Assembly (NCBI GenBank): GCA_963681965.1
Contig: OY820579.1
Span: 1 to 64,000 of the forward strand
Direction: 5' to 3'
DNA: 64,000 nucleotides
From: a bacterium
Lineage (GTDB): Bacteria > Electryoneota > JAOADG01
Position numbers and translations under genes: made by a program. Positions 59,157-64,000 of this stretch are shown here, in pieces (positions within the stretch are counted from its first letter, which is position 1; every line of letters begins with the position of its first letter). The notes beneath the pieces are model-generated. The model was not told where the DNA came from and did no database searches. It worked only from the letters and a program-made list of their open reading frames with translations.

Positions 59157-59265
59157 TTTCGCTCCACATTTCGACAAACATCGTACCAGATTGATAATCA
59201 GAATTGGTGCTGCTTCAAAAGAAATTTACAAAGAACCGAAAAAAATAGATCGAAATAAAATATCG

Positions 59266-60114
59266 TTAAATGGTGGTTTCTACAATTGATCGCAACAATT
59301 TTAAATTCTTCTCGTACCCGGCTTCGCCTTCGGGTGTCTCGAGAATTCCGGGAACATTGGCAAACCGTGGATCATTCAGGAGATAGTAGAACGGTTTGAT
59401 TCCCAGCGAACCGAGCCCGATATCCTCGTGACGGTCGATTCTGCTGGCGAACGGTTTTTTGGAATCGTTCAAATGAAAAGCCCGCAGATGTTCGATACCG
59501 ATCAATCGATCGAATTCCTCCATTACATCATTGTATTTGTTTGCAGTGTCGTAGCCCGCGCTATAGGTGTGACAGGTATCGAAACAGATGCCGATACGCT
59601 CGGGTTCTTTCACGTTGTCCCGAATAAATGCGAGATGCTCGAATTTATATCCGAGATTCGTCCCTTGACCCGCAGTCGTTTCGAGCAGTGTCATCGTTTT
59701 CAGACCGGGCATGGCAGTGTGAATCTCATCGACCGATTTCACCATCTCCTGCAATCCCCACTCTTCCCCTTGCTTCAGATGGGAACCGGGATGCGTGACT
59801 AGAAACGGAACGTCCAAAGCCTCGCAGCGCGCCAGTTCATCGAGAAATCCTTTAATCGATTTCTGACGATTATCGGGATCGGGTGCGCAGAGATTGATTA
59901 AATAGCTATCGTGCGAAGTCGTATTACGGGGATCGATCCCGTTGCTTGAGAGTTGTTCTTTCCAGCCGCGGATGTTGGAATCCGTAAGTGGTTTGGCAAA
60001 CCATTGGTTTTGATTTTTGGTAAAGATTTGAATTGCTTTGCATCCCAACGCGAAGGCAGAAGGTGGTGCTTTATCCACTCCGCCGGCAGTTGAGATATGT
60101 GCGCCCAGGATCAT
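59266..60114 (-). CDS. nfo: Endonuclease IV
   Basis: LGAHISTAGG, HDSYLINL, HPGSH, LETTAGQG, CFDTCH, HLNDSK, DRHE, ILETP. Confidence 0.96.
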   Translation of the reverse strand: MILGAHISTAGGVDKAPPSAFALGCKAIQIFTKNQNQWFAKPLTDSNIRGWKEQLSSNGIDPRNTTSHDSYLINLCAPDPDNRQKSIKGFLDELARCEALDVPFLVTHPGSHLKQGEEWGLQEMVKSVDEIHTAMPGLKTMTLLETTAGQGTNLGYKFEHLAFIRDNVKEPERIGICFDTCHTYSAGYDTANKYNDVMEEFDRLIGIEHLRAFHLNDSKKPFASRIDRHEDIGLGSLGIKPFYYLLNDPRFANVPGILETPEGEAGYEKNLKLLRSIVETTI

Positions 60115-60182
60115 TCTCACTCCAATATTCCAATGTAATATTATACGATTCATCACTTAAGGCAAGTAAAATCAGAAATCAG

Positions 60183-60214
60183 AAAAAAAAGACGGGCTTT
60201 ATGCCCGTCTATTT
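60183..60214 (-). terminator. Terminator of the decarboxylase operon
   Basis: AAAAAAAAGACGGGC-TTTAT-GCCCGTCT (T-tract on the minus strand). Confidence 0.75.
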
Positions 60215-60236
60215 ATTTCAAATTGTAATCGATCGA

Positions 60237-61475
60237 CTATTTGAAAAAGGGTGCCAGAGAAATATATACTCCGGTTAAGATTGCAGTTGTAATGACTCCG
60301 CTAATATTCGCACCGATTGCATCGGGGAGAATGATCGCTTCGTTATTCACCTCGGAAACGGATTTCTGAGCGACTTTGGCAGTGGTCGGTACGCAGGAAA
60401 CTCCGGCAATTCCGATGGTCGGATTGAATTTTCCGCGTTTGATGTAGTACAGGATGTAACCTCCCATCAGTCCACCAATTCCCGACAACAAGAGTGCGAC
60501 AATTCCGAGTATCAGCAGCAGCAGTACTTTTGGATTCAGGATAGTACTAGCTTCGCAGAGGATTCCGAGCAACAATCCCAGAAAGAAGGTCGAACCATAG
60601 AGCACCGGACCTTCAATGAATTCTTGAATTTTTTTGATCCCTGCCTCACGCACGGCAACACCAACAAAAAGCGAGAGAAACAACGGTGCAGCGACGGGAA
60701 ATAGCAAACATAGAACAGTGCAGGAGACTACGGCGAATGCAAGTTTCTGTCCGGAAGTAATATTGCGGATTTTTTTCGGTGGCTCAGCTTTGATCCCTCG
60801 AAGTTTTCGGGGAACTAGCAACTTTATTAAATATGGATACCCACCGTAGGTCAAACCGAGATAGAGATATGCCACCACGGTGATTGGGACGAACGTATGC
60901 TTCGCTAATGTCAACGAAGTGTAGAGAACCATCGGACCATCGGCACCACCAACCATTGCAATCGAAGCGGCTTCCCCTTTATCGAGACCCATCGCCATCG
61001 CGATCGGAAACGTGGCAACGGTTCCCAATTCGGCGCAGAGCGCTAGAAACATACTCTGGAACGGTTTGGCGATAACGTAGCCGACGTCCAACAGGACACC
61101 AATGCCCATAAACACGAGACATGCAATGAGACCGTTGCTGAAGGTGAAAGTATAGATCGGTTGGAGAAAATCGATCTGCAGGATTGTCATCAGATCGTCG
61201 GTTTTCGCTACCAGTGGTGCGACAAATAGATTTCCGGTTTTTGCACCGACTGCAGCCGCCGACACAGTGTCGAGTGAAAGGACTCCGGCATTGACCGCGC
61301 ACATACCGAGACCCATCGGGATCATAAGCAGCGGTTCAAGCACTTCTTTCTTACCCAGATAAACCAGCACCATCCCGAGAATCATCAGGCAGATCCGCGA
61401 TATGACAAGCATGGGATGGGCTTCCACCATGGTGGCGATACCACCGAACAGATCGAGAATATTGAACGAGTTCAT
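60237..61475 (-). CDS. Na+-translocating carboxybiotin decarboxylase beta subunit (MadB-like subtype)
   Basis: LEPLLMIPMGLG, FLQPIY.FTFSNGLIAC, GGADGPMVL, AYLYL.LTY.GYPYL, IGIAGVSCVPTTAKVAQ, GANISGVI. Confidence 0.92.
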   Translation of the reverse strand: MNSFNILDLFGGIATMVEAHPMLVISRICLMILGMVLVYLGKKEVLEPLLMIPMGLGMCAVNAGVLSLDTVSAAAVGAKTGNLFVAPLVAKTDDLMTILQIDFLQPIYTFTFSNGLIACLVFMGIGVLLDVGYVIAKPFQSMFLALCAELGTVATFPIAMAMGLDKGEAASIAMVGGADGPMVLYTSLTLAKHTFVPITVVAYLYLGLTYGGYPYLIKLLVPRKLRGIKAEPPKKIRNITSGQKLAFAVVSCTVLCLLFPVAAPLFLSLFVGVAVREAGIKKIQEFIEGPVLYGSTFFLGLLLGILCEASTILNPKVLLLLILGIVALLLSGIGGLMGGYILYYIKRGKFNPTIGIAGVSCVPTTAKVAQKSVSEVNNEAIILPDAIGANISGVITTAILTGVYISLAPFFK

Positions 61476-61485
61476 AGAAAGTCCA

Positions 61486-61599
61486 TCACTTCTTGAAGCG
61501 GATGAGTACCGACAATCCTTTGATCATGGCGGCAACGAAAAATGAGACGATCCATCCGATCAGATAGACTGTCGCTGCGAAAATTACCGGATCGGTCAT
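61486..61599 (-). CDS. Unannotated 37-aa single-TM protein in the decarboxylase operon
   Basis: MTDPVIFAATVYLIGWIVSFFVAAMIKGLSVLIRFKK; ATG immediately follows the TAA of the biotin carrier, with GAGGAGG upstream. Confidence 0.75.
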   Translation of the reverse strand: MTDPVIFAATVYLIGWIVSFFVAAMIKGLSVLIRFKK

Positions 61600-62022
61600 T
61601 TAAATTTCCTCCTCGGAATATTCGATCAGCAGTTCTCCGGTTTGAACGGAATCACCTTCATTCACATGGATAATTTCGATACGCCCATCGTCCGGTGAAT
61701 AGATCTTGGTGATCATTTTCATGGCATCGATCTCGAGCAGTACTTCGTGCCATTTCACTCGCTGTCCAGATTTCACATGGATCTTGTGCACAACACCGGA
61801 TAAGGGAGAATTGATTTGATCGACCCCCTCGCTTTTCGGTTTCGATTTCGGAGTGATTCGTTCCACTTCCGAAGCAGTAATCATCGATGGCAAATCGGAA
61901 AGCTTCTCCACTTTCGGAGGATGATGCGATTGAGCGGATACATTATCCGATTCGTCGTCTTCAATCACTTCAACATGTACCTCATACGGAACGCCATTCA
62001 CGGAGACGCGGTACTTTTTCAT
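61600..62022 (-). CDS. Biotin carboxyl carrier subunit
   Basis: MKKYRVSVNGVPYEV.VE, SPLSG.V, AMKM biotinylation motif. Confidence 0.93.
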   Translation of the reverse strand: MKKYRVSVNGVPYEVHVEVIEDDESDNVSAQSHHPPKVEKLSDLPSMITASEVERITPKSKPKSEGVDQINSPLSGVVHKIHVKSGQRVKWHEVLLEIDAMKMITKIYSPDDGRIEIIHVNEGDSVQTGELLIEYSEEEI

Positions 62023-62336
62023 GTTGTCTTCCTGTCAATTTGGTGTGATAAAAACAGTTGTGTTCTTCCAATCCCGCTCCACGATTCAGTCCCGGGTGGG
62101 GATTGAAGATAGCGGATGTGATGAATAACGAATTTTTTGCTTTCGCAGGCTGCGATCGCCGCCATAATTGCAGCAACGACTTGCCCATCGGGAGTCGACG
62201 GTGACGGAACCGCAGAAACAACGGCAACCTGTTCCCGTTGTTCGCGTCGTTCCCGGTACTTCGTAGCTTTGCGGGCAGCGATAATTGCAATTACCGCGAT
62301 CACCAGAAGGATGAGCAATATCAGATATTCATTCAT
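62019..62336 (-). CDS. OadG/MmdD-like membrane anchor subunit
   Basis: N-terminal TM helix, VVAAIMAAIA, W...GR motif; operon position. Confidence 0.8.
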   Translation of the reverse strand: MNEYLILLILLVIAVIAIIAARKATKYRERREQREQVAVVSAVPSPSTPDGQVVAAIMAAIAACESKKFVIHHIRYLQSPPGTESWSGIGRTQLFLSHQIDRKTT

Positions 62337-62369
62337 AGTCTATCCTGATCAGCGATCGGATCGATGCGA

Positions 62370-63917
62370 TCATAACGGTATCGTTCCATGTTTTTTCGGT
62401 GGACGCAATTCCCGTTTCGATTCGAAAGTTGCGAACGCGAACAATAGATACTCTCTGGTATCGCCGGGTTGAATGATGCTGTCGATCTGACCGTGACTCG
62501 CAGCAACATACGGCGAAGCGAATTTATCGCGATACTCTTCGATTTTTTCCTCGCGCAATGCCTGTTGATTCTCCACCGCTTCGAGTTCTTTCTTATAGAG
62601 AAGATTGACGGCGCCTTCGGCACCCATCACGGCGATTTCGGCAGTCGGCCAAGCGAATACGCGATCGGCACCCAACGCTTTAGCGCACATTGCCAAATAC
62701 GAACCGCCATAAGCTTTCCGCAAAATCACCGTTACTTTCGGAACGGTAGCCGCCGAATAGGCGAAGAGCATTTTTGCACCGTGACGAATGATACCCCGAT
62801 GTTCCTGTTCGATTTCAGGCAAGAAACCCGGCACATCGACTAACGTGAGTAACGGGATATTCATTGCATTACAAAACCGAATGAACCGAGCCGCTTTATC
62901 CGATGAATCGATATCGAGTACCCCAGCCTTCACCGAAGGTTGATTGGCGACAATTCCGATCGTTCGACCACCGATCCGTGCCAGACCGATTACAATATTC
63001 GGAGCGAATAACTGGAATATTTCCAAAAAATCGCCATCGTCGATGATTCTGGTAATCACATCCCGGACTTCGTAGGGTTCTCTGGGATCGTCGGGAATGA
63101 TACTATCCAACTCATCATCGTGTCCAAAATCGAGCGTACCGTAACGGGCAGTACGCGGTGGATCGATCGCGTTGTTTTGCGGCAGGAAGGACAATAAGCG
63201 CTTGCTCAGTTCGATTGCAGCCTCGTCGCTTTCAACTACAAAATGTGCCAAGCCCGCCTTCGAAGAAGCGACTCGGGCACCGCCCAACTCTTCAGCTGTA
63301 ATTGATTGTCCAGTAACGGCTTTGATGACATCGGGACCGGTTAACAACATCTTCCCGACTTTATCGACCATAATGACAAAATCTGTCAGTGCCGGAGAAT
63401 AAGCCGCGCCACCGGCACACGGTCCGGCAATGATCGAGATCTGCGGTACGACGCCCGACAGGAGCGTGTTGTGATAGAAGATTTCGCCATAACCGTGAAG
63501 CGATTCGACCCCTTCCTGAATTCTCGCACCACCGGAATCGTTGATCTGAATAAACGGAGCTCCGCATTTCATCGCTTGTTGCATCGCGGAAACAATCTTC
63601 TGGGCATGCATTTTTCCGACTGCACCGCCACCGACGGTAAAATCCTGCGAAGCGACAAATGTCAGGCGTCCGCGGATCGCACCGCAACCCACGATCACAC
63701 CGTCGGCAGGAAATTTCGATCCATCCGAATCACCCGGCGCCGTTGCAAACAATCCAAACTCTTGAAAAGTACCGGGATCGAGCAAGTAGTCGATGCGTTC
63801 GCGAGCCGTGAGTTTTCCGGACGAATGTTGCTTCTCTACGCGTGCAACACCACCCAGCTCATACATTTGGCTCTGACGTTGATCCAGTTTCTGCGATTTC
63901 TGCTTTGTTGTAGCCAT
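62370..63917 (-). CDS. Acyl-CoA carboxyltransferase subunit (MmdA/PccB family)
   Basis: QHSSGKLTARERI, QDFTVGGG, NDSGGARIQEG, GPCAGGAAYSPALTD, VDVPGFLP, RKAYGG, KKHGTIPL. Confidence 0.94.
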   Translation of the reverse strand: MATTKQKSQKLDQRQSQMYELGGVARVEKQHSSGKLTARERIDYLLDPGTFQEFGLFATAPGDSDGSKFPADGVIVGCGAIRGRLTFVASQDFTVGGGAVGKMHAQKIVSAMQQAMKCGAPFIQINDSGGARIQEGVESLHGYGEIFYHNTLLSGVVPQISIIAGPCAGGAAYSPALTDFVIMVDKVGKMLLTGPDVIKAVTGQSITAEELGGARVASSKAGLAHFVVESDEAAIELSKRLLSFLPQNNAIDPPRTARYGTLDFGHDDELDSIIPDDPREPYEVRDVITRIIDDGDFLEIFQLFAPNIVIGLARIGGRTIGIVANQPSVKAGVLDIDSSDKAARFIRFCNAMNIPLLTLVDVPGFLPEIEQEHRGIIRHGAKMLFAYSAATVPKVTVILRKAYGGSYLAMCAKALGADRVFAWPTAEIAVMGAEGAVNLLYKKELEAVENQQALREEKIEEYRDKFASPYVAASHGQIDSIIQPGDTREYLLFAFATFESKRELRPPKKHGTIPL

Positions 63918-64000
63918 CTTACGAAGCACCTGTCGGGTAAAGGGGTATCGAGAGGGAAGAGTGAGTTCCTGATTAAGGGGATCGTCTGAGCTTTGAAGTA

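Overview
A 64-kb bacterial chromosomal window with mixed GC and AT-rich segments. It is most likely from an FCB-superphylum lineage outside Bacteroidota (inference: many T9SS C-terminal-domain proteins plus a PorU/PorV-like pair, but canonical TTGACA-N17 promoters and GGAG ribosome-binding sites). It contains the 3' end of a tRNA and two TonB-dependent receptors, one under a clear TPP riboswitch. A polyamine biosynthesis locus (XRE-cupin regulator, speD, pdaD, speE, speB) is split by two paralogous secreted proteins. Also present are a C25/PorU-PorV locus, cmk-plsC-amgK-like-murU-like genes, sfsA, a CcrM-like methyltransferase, an AT-rich PIN-GNAT-ASCH plus ASCH pair, trpS-scpAB, a divergent Ald, nfo, and a Na+-translocating acyl-CoA decarboxylase operon with an unannotated 37-aa membrane ORF. 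The most striking structure is a rich repeat landscape: about ten families of GTAG/GTGG-type REP-like palindromes, 7-nt periodic spacers, 133-bp mosaic tandem units and a 4-copy MITE, mostly co-oriented and concentrated around secreted-protein genes. In one 997-aa secreted protein, three blocks of these repeats sit in-frame inside the coding sequence. All product calls are from motif recognition by eye; no database searches were run.
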